From contig JAVBJD010000003.1 of assembly GCA_030756715.1 (NCBI GenBank), forward strand, positions 1 to 58,649: DNA of 58,649 nt. The letters run 5' to 3'. Both the position numbers and the translations under genes were made by a program. This DNA is from Conexivisphaerales archaeon (GTDB lineage: Archaea > Thermoproteota > Nitrososphaeria > Conexivisphaerales > UBA164). This document shows positions 36,409 to 46,531 of the stretch, one piece after another; the first letter of the stretch is position 1, and the number at the start of each line of letters is the position of its first letter. The notes under the pieces are model-generated. The model saw only the letters and a list, made by a program, of their open reading frames with translations, ran no database searches and was not told where the DNA came from.

Positions 36409-37545
36409 ATGTCGAAAGTTTTCATAAAATCCGCAGGTCTTGTGCCTGTTGGGGAACACTGGAATAAATCGCTCACTGACCTTATGGTAGAAGCATCTCT
36501 TAACGCTTTAAAGGGTCAAGAAGGTGTGAAAATAGACAGGATAGTTGTCGGAAACATGATGTCTGGGTATTTGAACAATCAGGAACACCTCGGGGCGCTG
36601 CTGGCCAGCGCTTTAGGAATGAAAGGAGTAGAAGCCCTCAAAGTCGAAGCTGCTTGCGGATCAGGAGGAATGGCAGTCCATGAAGGGTATGTATCGGTAA
36701 AATCTGGGGAATATGAAAACGTTTTAGTTGTAGGGGTTGAAAAAATGAAAGATGTTGACACGCAGGTTCTTACAAAAGCCTTAGCTATGGCAGAAAGCGC
36801 TGAGTTCACTCAGGTGGTCGGCGCTTCCTTTATATCTTTAAACGCTCTGTTGATGCGCATGTACATGAACAGGTATAATGTTCAGGAAGACTATTTGGAC
36901 CATTTCCCAGTTATAGCACATAAGAACGCTGTTACTGCTCCTCACGCGCAGTTCAAGAGAGCATTTACGCTTGAAGAAGTAAAAAGGTCTCCTTATCTCG
37001 CAGAACCTATCAGGCTTTTAAGCAGCGCACCTTCGAGCGACGGAGCCGCCGCCGTCCTTTTGAGTTCAAAACCTTCGGATGTAGAAATCTTGGCATCAGA
37101 AGTGTCAACTAACGAGCTAATTATATCTCAAAGGGAAAACCCTTTAAAGTTTGAAGCCACAGAGAAAGCATTCAAAAAGGCAATTGATAAATCGGGGGTA
37201 AATCCCTCTGACGTAGACTTTCTTGAGGTACACGATGCTTTCCCAGTAGTCGCCGCGCTGAGCCTTGAGGCCATGGGCTATTCAGAAGAGGGAAAAGCAG
37301 GTTTTGACGCCGCAAAAGGAAAGTACAATTTTGATGGAGATCTTCCTATACTTACTTTTGGAGGGTTAAAAGCAAGGGGCCATCCTGTTGGAGGCACCGG
37401 AGTTTACCAGGTAGTAGAGGCTTACATGCAGCTCTCAGGCACAGCTGGCAAAAACCAGATACAGGGCGCAAAGCTGGGGGTTACTCAAAACGTTGGAGGA
37501 GTAGATACAACTTCCGTTGTACACATTTTAAGGAGGGTGAGCTGA
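36409..37545 (+). CDS. acetyl-CoA C-acetyltransferase (archaeal thiolase)
   Basis: Active-site 'EAACGSGG' and the C-terminal 'GHPVGGTGV' and 'NVGG' are present. An SD-like GGTGA sits 5 nt upstream of ATG 36409. The track start is GTG 36379. Confidence 0.85.
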   Translation: MSKVFIKSAGLVPVGEHWNKSLTDLMVEASLNALKGQEGVKIDRIVVGNMMSGYLNNQEHLGALLASALGMKGVEALKVEAACGSGGMAVHEGYVSVKSGEYENVLVVGVEKMKDVDTQVLTKALAMAESAEFTQVVGASFISLNALLMRMYMNRYNVQEDYLDHFPVIAHKNAVTAPHAQFKRAFTLEEVKRSPYLAEPIRLLSSAPSSDGAAAVLLSSKPSDVEILASEVSTNELIISQRENPLKFEATEKAFKKAIDKSGVNPSDVDFLEVHDAFPVVAALSLEAMGYSEEGKAGFDAAKGKYNFDGDLPILTFGGLKARGHPVGGTGVYQVVEAYMQLSGTAGKNQIQGAKLGVTQNVGGVDTTSVVHILRRVS

Positions 37546-37546
37546 A

Positions 37547-37936
37547 ACGATACCCATAGCTTACTGGAGAAACAGGAAGCTCTATACAAGGCTCATAGGC
37601 AGCAGGTGCAAGCGTTGTGGAGCAGAATTTTACCCACCAGTAAAGGTCTGCAAAAAATGCGGTTCAACGGAAATGGAGGAAAAAGAAATGCCAAAAACAG
37701 GTACAGTAGTTTCTTACACAAAACTTACAGAACCCCCTGTAGACTTTAAAGACTATTCCCCTATCTATTTAGCGATGATAAGGCTGGACAACGGGGTAAT
37801 GGTTCTAGGTCAGCTGGCAGATGCTGAAAGCGAAGAGATAAAAATCGGGGCCAGAGTGATGGCAACAATAAGGAAATGGACAGAAGACGGACAGAGCGGC
37901 ATAATATATTACGGCTACAAATTTAAAGTAATTTAA
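37547..37936 (+). CDS. DUF35 OB-fold/zinc-ribbon protein (scaffold of the thiolase/HMGCS complex), apparent non-canonical start
   Basis: The in-frame open region begins at 37541. It encodes 'ETIPIAYWRNRKLYTRLIGSRCKRCGAEFYPPVKVCKKCGS', a CxxC...CxxC ribbon, before the first ATG at 37673. There is no ATG, GTG or TTG between 37541 and 37672. ACG 37547 lies 6 nt after an SD-like AGGAGGGTGA. Confidence 0.65.
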   Translation, partial: TIPIAYWRNRKLYTRLIGSRCKRCGAEFYPPVKVCKKCGSTEMEEKEMPKTGTVVSYTKLTEPPVDFKDYSPIYLAMIRLDNGVMVLGQLADAESEEIKIGARVMATIRKWTEDGQSGIIYYGYKFKVI

Positions 37937-37939
37937 ACT

Positions 37940-39856
37940 TCATTTACACTTACCGTTATTTTTTGCTTCATACAGCTCATCCACGCTTATTATGTATTCT
38001 GCGTGACTCCATACAAGAGGTGATACTGATACTGGTCCTCCATCATACGGGTTTATCTGTTCAGAAAGAACGCCAGATCTCTGACTGTGATTAAGAACCC
38101 ATTTTATAAGAGAAAGCGCGCTGTTGCAATCGCCAATATGTGTGTAGTACCTTGAAGCCCAGAGCGTAGTTATTATCCATGGATTTCCAGGCACTTCTCT
38201 GTCATCTCTTATCCTCTGATACATATCCCCTTCGTACCTGGCCAGGCCTCCTGTGCTTTTGACCCATAGCTTGTTCATTATGACATCCACGTTGGCTTTA
38301 ACCCTGGGGTCTGAAGGGTCCTTCATGCCAAAAAGGAAAAGAGCCATGTTCTGTGAATCTACTGTAAAGTCCGGCTTTCCGTTTATGATGGCTCTTGCGT
38401 AATATCCTTTTTCTGGCAAATAGAAAAACGAATCATATGCTGAAGCCATCCTGCGGGCCGCATCTAAATATTTTTCTGACACATCGTCTTCTTTAAAGAT
38501 CCTTGCGAAGTTTGAAGCCGCTACGAGCGCAGCGTACACGGTTGCAACGGTATATGTATGGATTCCAAAGCGTTCTTCCCATAAATCATAAGATTCTTTT
38601 GGAAGGCCGTCATCGTTTACAAATGAAGACATAAAATCTGCAGCCCTTTTGATAAGCCTTTCATACAAGGGAAAAAAGTATTCGACGTCAAGAGATTTTA
38701 GATAATATTGCCAGAGCGACCATATAACCAATGCCGTCTCATCTTCTTGGATGGGCAAAATCGGTCTTCCTCCAATTATTCTGGGTATCCAGCTGCTGGC
38801 CATGTTTCCGTCAGGAAGGTATTTATGATAAAAGTAACCACCGTCTGATATCGTTGACAGAGCATATTCAAAGAACCTTCTCGCAGCGCTGAAGTGATAG
38901 GTTTTTGTTAAAGCGTAAGCGGCTATTGAAGCATCCCTAGGCCATACATAATAATAGCCATCCTTGCTCCTTTTTAAAATGTCACTGTCTGAAGAAGCCA
39001 TTATAGCCCCCTTGTTGTTCATGTGAATTTTTATTATGAACTGAGATTTTCTGAATAGAGAAAGCATATCTTGTTCTGCAGATATGTTCCTTTTTTCGTT
39101 CCAAACCGTCCAGTAGTTCTTTGTCCTTTTGAACATGTCTCTTAACAAGTTAAAGTTAATTTTTCTTCTTAAAGATAGAAGGGAATCAAGGTCCTCCTGT
39201 GCTATTATAAAATAATACATTTCCTTTGTTTCTCCCGGTAGCAGAAATATGGTGTGTCCTACAACAGAATCAACAGAACCTATTGCTACCGCATTGAACG
39301 ATAGTTTCCCGTCCTCGGCGTCTTTCCAGGTTCCTTCGTAGCCATCAAAGCCTTTTATTCCCACTGCGTACTGATCGATGCTGTTTCCGTACTGATCTAT
39401 TGTTGAAACCAGAAAGAGCCTCCTGTTTTTATAGTGTATTACGGAGTTAAGATGAGGCTCATAAAACGCCGTATCTCCTATGTCATTACCGTAGATATAA
39501 AAATCCTGATGAAAAAACAGTTTAACTTCCAAAGAAGCGTTACCGTTGTTGGTAAGAGCTATTTTCTTAGAATAAACGTCATCATAAATGTCCACAAAAT
39601 CGTTGTTAATAATGCCTATAGGACCGCTTGAAAACTTAACCTCTGTAACCATTGTATCGTCAAGATAATCCATATTGCTTATAATTTCATGACCAACCCA
39701 TTTAAAGCTACCATCTACGGAGAGCCCGTACCTGAAAGGGTGTCCGACAGCGTGATTTTCTGCTTGATCATGAGCGTAATAAAGGTCGACGATCCTGTAA
39801 TCCCTGTCAAAACTCAAGAGCAGCCTGTTGTTGCCTATAGGCAGATAACGAACCAT
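37940..39856 (-). CDS. GH15 glycoside hydrolase (archaeal glucoamylase/trehalase type)
   Basis: 638 aa. It has an N-terminal beta-sandwich region and a C-terminal (alpha/alpha)6 region, with 'YYYVWPRDAS', 'LWEERFG' and 'PLVWSHAEYI' typical of GH15. Confidence 0.85.
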   Translation of the reverse strand: MVRYLPIGNNRLLLSFDRDYRIVDLYYAHDQAENHAVGHPFRYGLSVDGSFKWVGHEIISNMDYLDDTMVTEVKFSSGPIGIINNDFVDIYDDVYSKKIALTNNGNASLEVKLFFHQDFYIYGNDIGDTAFYEPHLNSVIHYKNRRLFLVSTIDQYGNSIDQYAVGIKGFDGYEGTWKDAEDGKLSFNAVAIGSVDSVVGHTIFLLPGETKEMYYFIIAQEDLDSLLSLRRKINFNLLRDMFKRTKNYWTVWNEKRNISAEQDMLSLFRKSQFIIKIHMNNKGAIMASSDSDILKRSKDGYYYVWPRDASIAAYALTKTYHFSAARRFFEYALSTISDGGYFYHKYLPDGNMASSWIPRIIGGRPILPIQEDETALVIWSLWQYYLKSLDVEYFFPLYERLIKRAADFMSSFVNDDGLPKESYDLWEERFGIHTYTVATVYAALVAASNFARIFKEDDVSEKYLDAARRMASAYDSFFYLPEKGYYARAIINGKPDFTVDSQNMALFLFGMKDPSDPRVKANVDVIMNKLWVKSTGGLARYEGDMYQRIRDDREVPGNPWIITTLWASRYYTHIGDCNSALSLIKWVLNHSQRSGVLSEQINPYDGGPVSVSPLVWSHAEYIISVDELYEAKNNGKCK

Positions 39857-39975
39857 AAGGTTTTATATAGACAATCCTATAAAACTGTTATTGTTGCAGC
39901 GGTTGTGTTTTTGTAAAATTAATTTTACGCAAGCAAAAGCATAAATGCAAAGAAGAGAATTTATGGTAAGAGAGT

Positions 39976-41787
39976 ATGAACAACTTTCAAAAAGATCGCG
40001 AATGGATTATTTCAAACAGGAAAGGTAGCTATTCTTCATCGTCTGTATCGTTTGCAAACTTAAGGACATATCACGGAGTTTGCGTAAAAAGGTCTGAGAA
40101 AGATTATAGCGGTAAAGTGCTCCTTTCAAAGCTTTATGAAGATTTTAAAATTAAGAGTAATACTTACAGCATAGATACAAATTATTATGAAGGAGGAATT
40201 TACCCTCAGGGCTATAAACATTTAATAAGCTTCGAAGAGGAGCCGTATCCGCAGTTTGTTTACGATGTAGCTGAAACTCTGATCAAAAAATCTTTAGTAA
40301 TGGATCCGGAAGAAGATTGGCTTGTCATAAGGTATGAGTTTTATGGAACTTTACCAGATACATTTTACCTGCATCCTCTTTTCGCTTTCAGAAATTACCA
40401 TCAGGCGCTCAGGAAAAGGGATTTATCGCTTAAAACGGAAAAGCTTGAAAAAGGATACAGATTTATAGTTGATAAAGATCAGCTGAGCATTTTTGTCGAT
40501 GGCGAATTCGTCAGAGACAGCGTGTGGTACTATGGATTCGAATACCCTGTTGATAAGGATAGAGGTCTTAATTACGTGGAAGACCTCTATCATGAGGGTT
40601 ATTTCGTAATTGAACTCTCTAGCAGAAAGATAGATGTTAAACTTTCCTGTTCCGACATCGAGCCACCTGAGTTTGATACAGTTAAAAAAAGGACGCTAAA
40701 AAGTATTATTACAATAAAGAACGAGCTTGACAAGGTTTTAAGGCGCTCGTCTCTGTTTTTGATTAAAGACGATATAATAGCGGGATATTACTGGTTTGGT
40801 CCATGGACAAGAGATACAATGATATCTTTACCTGGATTGCTTCTTGTAACTAAAAGGTACAGATTGGCAAAAACTATACTTGAAAAATATGCAGGTTTTG
40901 CAGAATCAGGGGTGCTTCCAGTATCTTTGACTGACCCGAAAAACAGGGCATCCGCTGATTCATCTTTATGGTATGTGTACGCGCTTTACAAATATTATGA
41001 ATACACTAAAGACAAGAAAACCTTGGAAAAGCTGTTCCCTGTTTCTGTTTCGATCATTGAGGCTTATGTAAAGGGAAACGAACTCTTTGGATTAAAAGGA
41101 AGCCTCATAGAGACAAAAAAGCCACAGTTAACGTGGATGGACGCTAAAACAGGAGATATCGTATTCACCCCAAGAATCGGTCTTCCCGTAGAAGTAAACG
41201 CACTCTGGTACAACGCTCTAGCTTCCGTTAATTATTTTTCAAACGAATTAAATAGGGAGGTGCCAGAGTATATTTATGAACTGCTCCCTAAAGTAAAAGA
41301 GGAGTTTTTTGCGAAGTTTGTGAAAAACGATACGATCTTAGATGTAGCAGAACCTGACGATTACAGCCTTAGGCCCAACTTTATACTTGCATTTTCGCTT
41401 CCTTATCCACTGCTGAGCGACTTTGCAAAATACAAAAAAGTTGTAGACGATAAGCTGTTAACTCCTTTTGGTTTGAGATCACTTTCTCCTGACGATCCAA
41501 AGTACTCAGGCAGATACGAAGGCGATCAGTTCAGCAGAGACAAAGCGTATCACAACGGATCTGTGTGGCCGTGGCTTGCTGGTCCCTATATCAAAGCTTC
41601 AGTAAGGAGCGGAGCTGATAAGGATCAGCTATACGAGTATTTTAAACCGCTTATTAAAATGGATATGATACCTGAAATTTTCGACGGCGATGAGCCGCAT
41701 GAACCAAAAGGCTGTGTAATGCAGGCGTGGAGCTACGGAGAATTGTTAAGAGCGTACAGCGAGGACCTTACAAAAAACATTCAGTGA
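39976..41787 (+). CDS. glycogen debranching enzyme (archaeal amylo-alpha-1,6-glucosidase, GDE_C type)
   Basis: 603 aa with 'YYWFGPWTRDTMISLPGL', 'LTWMDA', 'VEVNALWYNAL', 'YHNGSVWPWLAGPY' and 'QAWS'. Confidence 0.85.
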   Translation: MNNFQKDREWIISNRKGSYSSSSVSFANLRTYHGVCVKRSEKDYSGKVLLSKLYEDFKIKSNTYSIDTNYYEGGIYPQGYKHLISFEEEPYPQFVYDVAETLIKKSLVMDPEEDWLVIRYEFYGTLPDTFYLHPLFAFRNYHQALRKRDLSLKTEKLEKGYRFIVDKDQLSIFVDGEFVRDSVWYYGFEYPVDKDRGLNYVEDLYHEGYFVIELSSRKIDVKLSCSDIEPPEFDTVKKRTLKSIITIKNELDKVLRRSSLFLIKDDIIAGYYWFGPWTRDTMISLPGLLLVTKRYRLAKTILEKYAGFAESGVLPVSLTDPKNRASADSSLWYVYALYKYYEYTKDKKTLEKLFPVSVSIIEAYVKGNELFGLKGSLIETKKPQLTWMDAKTGDIVFTPRIGLPVEVNALWYNALASVNYFSNELNREVPEYIYELLPKVKEEFFAKFVKNDTILDVAEPDDYSLRPNFILAFSLPYPLLSDFAKYKKVVDDKLLTPFGLRSLSPDDPKYSGRYEGDQFSRDKAYHNGSVWPWLAGPYIKASVRSGADKDQLYEYFKPLIKMDMIPEIFDGDEPHEPKGCVMQAWSYGELLRAYSEDLTKNIQ

Positions 41788-41793
41788 CGCTTA

Positions 41794-42636
41794 TCACAAA
41801 TTTTCCTTTTTAAATCTGAAAAAGGCTGTACCCTTATATTCGGTTTTTATCGCAAACAAGCTGCCGCCTAAGTAATCTTCGGAAGCTGCCGAAGTTATGA
41901 ACAGTGTATTCATATCTTTGCCCCCAAAGGTGCACGAGGATGTCTTTTTAGTTGGAACGTTTATTTCTAAGATTTTCTTATTTGAAAAAGGATCAAACCT
42001 TATTATTTTGCCCCCTCCCCAGACAGCCACCCATATCATTCCATCGGCATCAATAGTCATGCCATCAGGAACGCCATCTTCATTTTTTAAATCAGCCGCA
42101 ACACCCACGTATCTTATGTTCATAGATTTATCGTATTCATAAACGCTGACCTTTTTTGTTGGCGAGTCGATTATATAAAAAAGCTTCCTTTTCAAGTCCC
42201 AGGCAAGACCGTTCGAAATGGTCATCCCGCTTAAAAGTGTCCTGAAATTTTTCCCGTCAAAAGAATAAAGCGAGCCTATTGGATTCTTTTCTTCCAAGTC
42301 CATAGTTCCTATCACAAGAAGGCCATCTGGGCTCACTTTGCCATCATTAAACCTTGTGTTCATGCCTTTTTCTATTTCTGCTATCTTTTTTGTTGAACCA
42401 GATTCTGAAACAAGATACAGGTTATGTCCAGCTGCTGCAATCAATCCGTCCTTATCTGTAAGAACCACGGCTGAAACCATATCATCTAGCTGGAAGTAGC
42501 TTAAATCTCCCTGTAGTTTAGAACGGTAGATCTTCCTGCCAAGAATGTCCACCCAGTAAAGCATATCGTTAATTTCATCGTAAACGGGACCTTCTCCAAG
42601 GATGTTTATTTTCTTAAAAACAACGTTGATTTTCAA
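41794..42636 (-). CDS. SMP-30/gluconolactonase/LRE-family lactonase
   Basis: 280 aa. 'LGEGPVYDE...LYWVDI', 'RFNDGKVSPDG', 'SNGLAWD' and 'PDGMTIDADG' form a six-bladed propeller lactonase pattern. Confidence 0.75.
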   Translation of the reverse strand: MKINVVFKKINILGEGPVYDEINDMLYWVDILGRKIYRSKLQGDLSYFQLDDMVSAVVLTDKDGLIAAAGHNLYLVSESGSTKKIAEIEKGMNTRFNDGKVSPDGLLVIGTMDLEEKNPIGSLYSFDGKNFRTLLSGMTISNGLAWDLKRKLFYIIDSPTKKVSVYEYDKSMNIRYVGVAADLKNEDGVPDGMTIDADGMIWVAVWGGGKIIRFDPFSNKKILEINVPTKKTSSCTFGGKDMNTLFITSAASEDYLGGSLFAIKTEYKGTAFFRFKKENL

Positions 42637-42749
42637 CTGATTGCTTTTGGTTTAGGCGCCTTTAAGCGTTTATCAAGATTATTTTGCGATTAAATAAAAA
42701 GCTGCTAATAGCAATAGACGTTTATATATGTTCCCTGTCTTATATTGTT

Positions 42750-43937
42750 ATGAGTAAAATACAGAAAATAGAACCCATTGTGCTGGGTGAAAGGACAGGA
42801 CCTGCAACATGGGCTTCTTTAATGATCTTGGTAAGGGTAGAAACCTCAGACGGCATGGTAGGTTATGGCGAAGCGGTTCCGACCCTCAGAGTTGGTCCAG
42901 TTGTAGAATCCATCAAAGAAGTGTCAAAAGTGTATGTTGGCAGAGAAGCTTCAGACATCGAGGTCAGTATGAAAGAGTGGGAAAAGCACGATTTTTATCT
43001 CCACAGTTCATTTGAATCTACAACCGCTCTCAGCGCTGTAGATATTGCCCTTTACGACATACTCGGGAAATACCTTAAACAGCCAGTCTACAAGCTTCTG
43101 GGAGGAAAGTCAAGGGAAAAAATCCTAGTTTATGCAAATGGTTGGTACAGCAACTGCAAAAGCCCAGAAGATTTTGCAGGAAAAGCGGTGGAAGCAGTCA
43201 AAAAGGGTTATAAGGGCCTTAAGTTTGACCCGTTTGGAGATCAGTGGGATTCTATTACAGCAGATGCTTTAAAAAAAGCATCTGAAATTGTAAAGTCCGT
43301 TAGGGACGCCGTCGGAGATAACGTTTACCTCATGATAGAGCATCACGGCAGGTTTAACGCGGAGTCTGCAGTAAAGATCGCCCAGGAACTTTCACAGTAC
43401 GACCCGCTATTTATGGAAGAACCGGTACATCCCTGGAACATGATGGCATTAAGAGATTACAGGGCAAAAACATCGGTCAGAGTTGCCTTGGGTGAAAGGA
43501 TAATATCAAAAGAACAGGCCCTAGAATTTTTATCAGAAGATCTGGTAGATGTGTTTCAGCCAGACATATGCAACATTGGAGGCTTTACAGAGTTAAAGAA
43601 ATTTTTAGCAATGACAGAAGCTTACGGAAAGTTATTGGCCCCTCACAATGCATTTGGGCCTGTACAGAATGCTGCAACAATACAGTTTGATGCCTGGGCT
43701 CCAAACCTCTTGATACAAGAATCTTTCTATGACTATTTCCCCGAGTGGAAGAGAAGGCTCATTAAGGATGGAACTCCGGTTGTAAACGGTTATTATGAAG
43801 TTAAAGATGGGCCAGGGCTATCTATAAATATAGACGAAGGAATGATTGATGAATACAGGACGACAGGGCAAGAAGAGTTCAATCCTGAAGAGCCAGTATG
43901 GGTCGTAAGGGGCACATGGTCACCTAGGACCATCTGA
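42750..43937 (+). CDS. gluconate/galactonate dehydratase (enolase superfamily, MR subgroup)
   Basis: 'VRVETSDGMVGYGEA', 'LKFDPFG', 'LMIEHHGR', 'FMEEP' and 'ALGER' carry the metal-ligand D/E/E pattern. ATG 42750 is preferred over the TTG track start at 42684. Confidence 0.8.
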   Translation: MSKIQKIEPIVLGERTGPATWASLMILVRVETSDGMVGYGEAVPTLRVGPVVESIKEVSKVYVGREASDIEVSMKEWEKHDFYLHSSFESTTALSAVDIALYDILGKYLKQPVYKLLGGKSREKILVYANGWYSNCKSPEDFAGKAVEAVKKGYKGLKFDPFGDQWDSITADALKKASEIVKSVRDAVGDNVYLMIEHHGRFNAESAVKIAQELSQYDPLFMEEPVHPWNMMALRDYRAKTSVRVALGERIISKEQALEFLSEDLVDVFQPDICNIGGFTELKKFLAMTEAYGKLLAPHNAFGPVQNAATIQFDAWAPNLLIQESFYDYFPEWKRRLIKDGTPVVNGYYEVKDGPGLSINIDEGMIDEYRTTGQEEFNPEEPVWVVRGTWSPRTI

Positions 43938-45012
43938 CTATTCTCTTTATTTCTCCCTTCCCGTCACCGTTTAATGCTTCTATGCTGTTTTCCGGAACAT
44001 CTTCATCAGTTATCATAAGCTCAAGAGAATTTCCATATGTTTCTTTCCACATCGATAAGTAATTAAGCGCTTCTATATAGTGCTGTTTGGCTCCATCAAC
44101 TGTTCCTATAATCGTTACATTTTTTTCTACAGCTTCTGTCACAAGAGCGCCTGTAATACTATAATTTCCTGCCAGTGTTGTTCCGAACAAAATTTCCACG
44201 CCGTTATATTTGAGAGCCTGAAGCCCCTTCCCGATCACTTCTGGTCTTCCAGTAGTGTCCACAAATACATCTGATACCATTTCTTCTGGGTTAAGCTTTA
44301 TGGCATCTGCTTGTGTAAAATCAGCCCCTATCTTTTTACATATGCTCGTAGCTACGCCTTCTTTATCACTTCTGGATATCAGTCTCACTTGAAAGCCATG
44401 GGTAGAGAAAAGCATCGAAAAGAGTATACCTATGGGTCCTGCCCCAATGACCGTGACTTTTTTACATTCATAAGACCCGTCGGAGCACATTTTTAGATAC
44501 CGGTCAGAAACAGTCTGATATACATCGTAAGCCTTTACGAGATTTTTTAAAGGTTCAGTAAGAACGGCGAGCTTTCCAAGGTTATTGTCCTTAACCTTTA
44601 CAAGGTATTGCTCATCATCTATAAAATATTCCCTCATAAATCCGTCCTTGCCCCTTATGCCCGCTTCTACAAAGTCGCCATCCTCACAGTTATCCTGCCT
44701 GCCGACGCCGCATTGAATACACTTTCCAGGTCTCCTCACCATCGGCACGACAAGGTCTCCAGGTCTTAAAGATCTTACGTTGTCACCTACATCCATCACC
44801 TGGGCAAGGCCTTCGTGCCCTAATATCAGGATTTCTTTTCCGCTTTCAGCTTTGGCGAAGTTCAGAAGCCCGTTTATTATCCCTCTGTCTGTACCGCATA
44901 CCCCTGTGTAAAGTGTCTTAAGCAAAACCTGATTTCCCACCGGCCCTTTAGGAGGTTCTACATTAACTAAAAAAGACCCTTTCTGACCTATTTTAACAGC
45001 TATGGCTTTCAT
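43924..45012 (-). CDS. gdh: glucose 1-dehydrogenase (Zn-dependent MDR family, Thermoplasma type)
   Basis: 'GVCGTDRGIING', 'VVPMVRRPGKCIQCGVGRQDNC', 'DGFMREY' and 'LAVLTEPLKN' closely resemble the remembered Thermoplasma acidophilum glucose dehydrogenase sequence. Confidence 0.85.
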   Translation of the reverse strand: MKAIAVKIGQKGSFLVNVEPPKGPVGNQVLLKTLYTGVCGTDRGIINGLLNFAKAESGKEILILGHEGLAQVMDVGDNVRSLRPGDLVVPMVRRPGKCIQCGVGRQDNCEDGDFVEAGIRGKDGFMREYFIDDEQYLVKVKDNNLGKLAVLTEPLKNLVKAYDVYQTVSDRYLKMCSDGSYECKKVTVIGAGPIGILFSMLFSTHGFQVRLISRSDKEGVATSICKKIGADFTQADAIKLNPEEMVSDVFVDTTGRPEVIGKGLQALKYNGVEILFGTTLAGNYSITGALVTEAVEKNVTIIGTVDGAKQHYIEALNYLSMWKETYGNSLELMITDEDVPENSIEALNGDGKGEIKRIVRWS

Positions 45013-45863
45013 ATCCTGACAACCTCATCTAAAACTCTTTCATCATTTTTATCCAAATCGTTCAGAGGGAATGGCATGTAATTATCAGGGTTCTCTTCTT
45101 TCAGCACCATTTTCCTGAAGAGATAATAATAAGGTTTTGGAAATTCAAACGAGGAAAATGTTTTCATAACTCTCACTATTTCTTCATGCGCTTTTACGGA
45201 TCTTTCCCTGTAAACTTCTACTATCTTTCCAGAAAAGTTCGAAGTTCCGCACACGCCACCTGCTGCCCCAACGCTTAAAGACGGAAGTAGTAGGTCGTCC
45301 TGACCTTGATAAACAAAAAAGTCATCTGGCAGCTCGCTAATGAATGTTTGAAATGATCTCATATCTCCGGAGCTATCCTTTATGCCGTTTATGTTGCTGT
45401 GTTCATTAACAAGGTTTTTTACGGTCTCAGCTGTTATTACGTTGCCGGTAAACTGCGGTATGTTGTAAATTATTATGGATATATCGGTCTTGGCTATTTT
45501 ATCAAAATAAGCGTGGATCGAACCCTGACTTAATTTAAAGTAAAATGGCACAACGACCACAGCTGCATCGTAGCCCAGATCTTTTGCAGCCTTGATCATC
45601 TCAGATGTCTCATCAAAATTGTTCCTGCTTACGCCTGCATATGCCGCAACATTGGCGGGTTTATTTTTTATGGCGAACTCCAGCATCTTTTTATGGTTCT
45701 GTAGGCTAAAAAACGAAAAAAGGCCGGTTGAACCCATAGGAAATATTCCGCTGACCCCGATCTCCTTTAAAAAGTTCAGAAGTTCCTTAACATCTTCTTC
45801 ATTTATAAGGCCGTTCCTTACTGGAGTTACCATCGGCGTGATGATGCCTTTTACTAAGTTCAT
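45009..45863 (-). CDS. kdgA: 2-keto-3-deoxygluconate aldolase (DapA/NAL family)
   Basis: 284 aa. 'GIITPMVTP', 'GSTGLF', 'IYNIPQFTG' and the Schiff-base lysine context 'NGIKDSSGD' are present. It overlaps gdh by 4 nt. Confidence 0.75.
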   Translation of the reverse strand: MNLVKGIITPMVTPVRNGLINEEDVKELLNFLKEIGVSGIFPMGSTGLFSFFSLQNHKKMLEFAIKNKPANVAAYAGVSRNNFDETSEMIKAAKDLGYDAAVVVVPFYFKLSQGSIHAYFDKIAKTDISIIIYNIPQFTGNVITAETVKNLVNEHSNINGIKDSSGDMRSFQTFISELPDDFFVYQGQDDLLLPSLSVGAAGGVCGTSNFSGKIVEVYRERSVKAHEEIVRVMKTFSSFEFPKPYYYLFRKMVLKEENPDNYMPFPLNDLDKNDERVLDEVVRI

Positions 45864-45922
45864 GCTTTTTATTTGATCGATATCGGATTTACACGTTTCT
45901 AAACAAATAGGCTTTTAATTTG

Positions 45923-46531
45923 CTATATGCACTTTTCCATTGACTTAAGGATAATATACATCGCTACAGCTCCGGGGTCAAGATGACCTCTGCTTCTTTC
46001 TCCATAATAACTTGCCCTGCCAACAGTTGCTATCATGTCCTTTGTAGAGGTCATGCCTTCCTCAGCGGCTTTTATAGCTTCTTCAATAACCTTTTTTGCA
46101 GAATCTTTCTGATTTAGCTTTTCCGTAAAAGGATATAGCACATCGAGGAAGGTCTTCTGGCCTCTTTTTGCGCCACCTAACTCTTCAACCACTTTTATTC
46201 CTTCCTCGAACATCTTTTTCATTTCCTGCACGTCAACTTCTTTTTTGCCCCTTGAGGCTTTTCCCATAGCAACCAGCATAGAACCTAAGAGAGTGCCAAA
46301 AGTGCCGGATGCTTCTTCCATTATGGTCTTTCCTGCTTCATCCAGAAGCTTTCCGATCTCCTCTGATTTTAGATCTTTTTCAAGAGCCCTGAAACCTCTG
46401 CTTATGTTTATTCCGAAATCAGAGTCTCCTATTTTAGAATCGAGGTCAGTCAGTTCCGATTCACTTTTCTGGATCTCTTTTGAGGCGTTCAGAAGGAAAC
46501 ATCTAAAAAATTCAACGTTAAAGCTCATCAA
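45923..46531 (-). CDS. dhaL: dihydroxyacetone kinase, nucleotide-binding L subunit
   Basis: 202 aa with 'LDSKIGDSDFGINISRGF' (DhaL 'D..GDGD.G' loop) and 'GRASYYGERSRGHLDPGA'. Confidence 0.85.
   Translation of the reverse strand: MMSFNVEFFRCFLLNASKEIQKSESELTDLDSKIGDSDFGINISRGFRALEKDLKSEEIGKLLDEAGKTIMEEASGTFGTLLGSMLVAMGKASRGKKEVDVQEMKKMFEEGIKVVEELGGAKRGQKTFLDVLYPFTEKLNQKDSAKKVIEEAIKAAEEGMTSTKDMIATVGRASYYGERSRGHLDPGAVAMYIILKSMEKCI

Noticed and set aside
37531-37550. An RF2-like programmed +1 frameshift (SD-like AGGAGG, 3-nt spacer, AGC TGA A) that would fuse thiolase to DUF35.
   Set aside because: The layout superficially resembles prfB, but the P-site codon AGC cannot re-pair in the +1 frame (GCU). 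Thiolase and DUF35 are separate subunits in characterised complexes. SD-guided initiation at a near-cognate codon, or a base error, is simpler.
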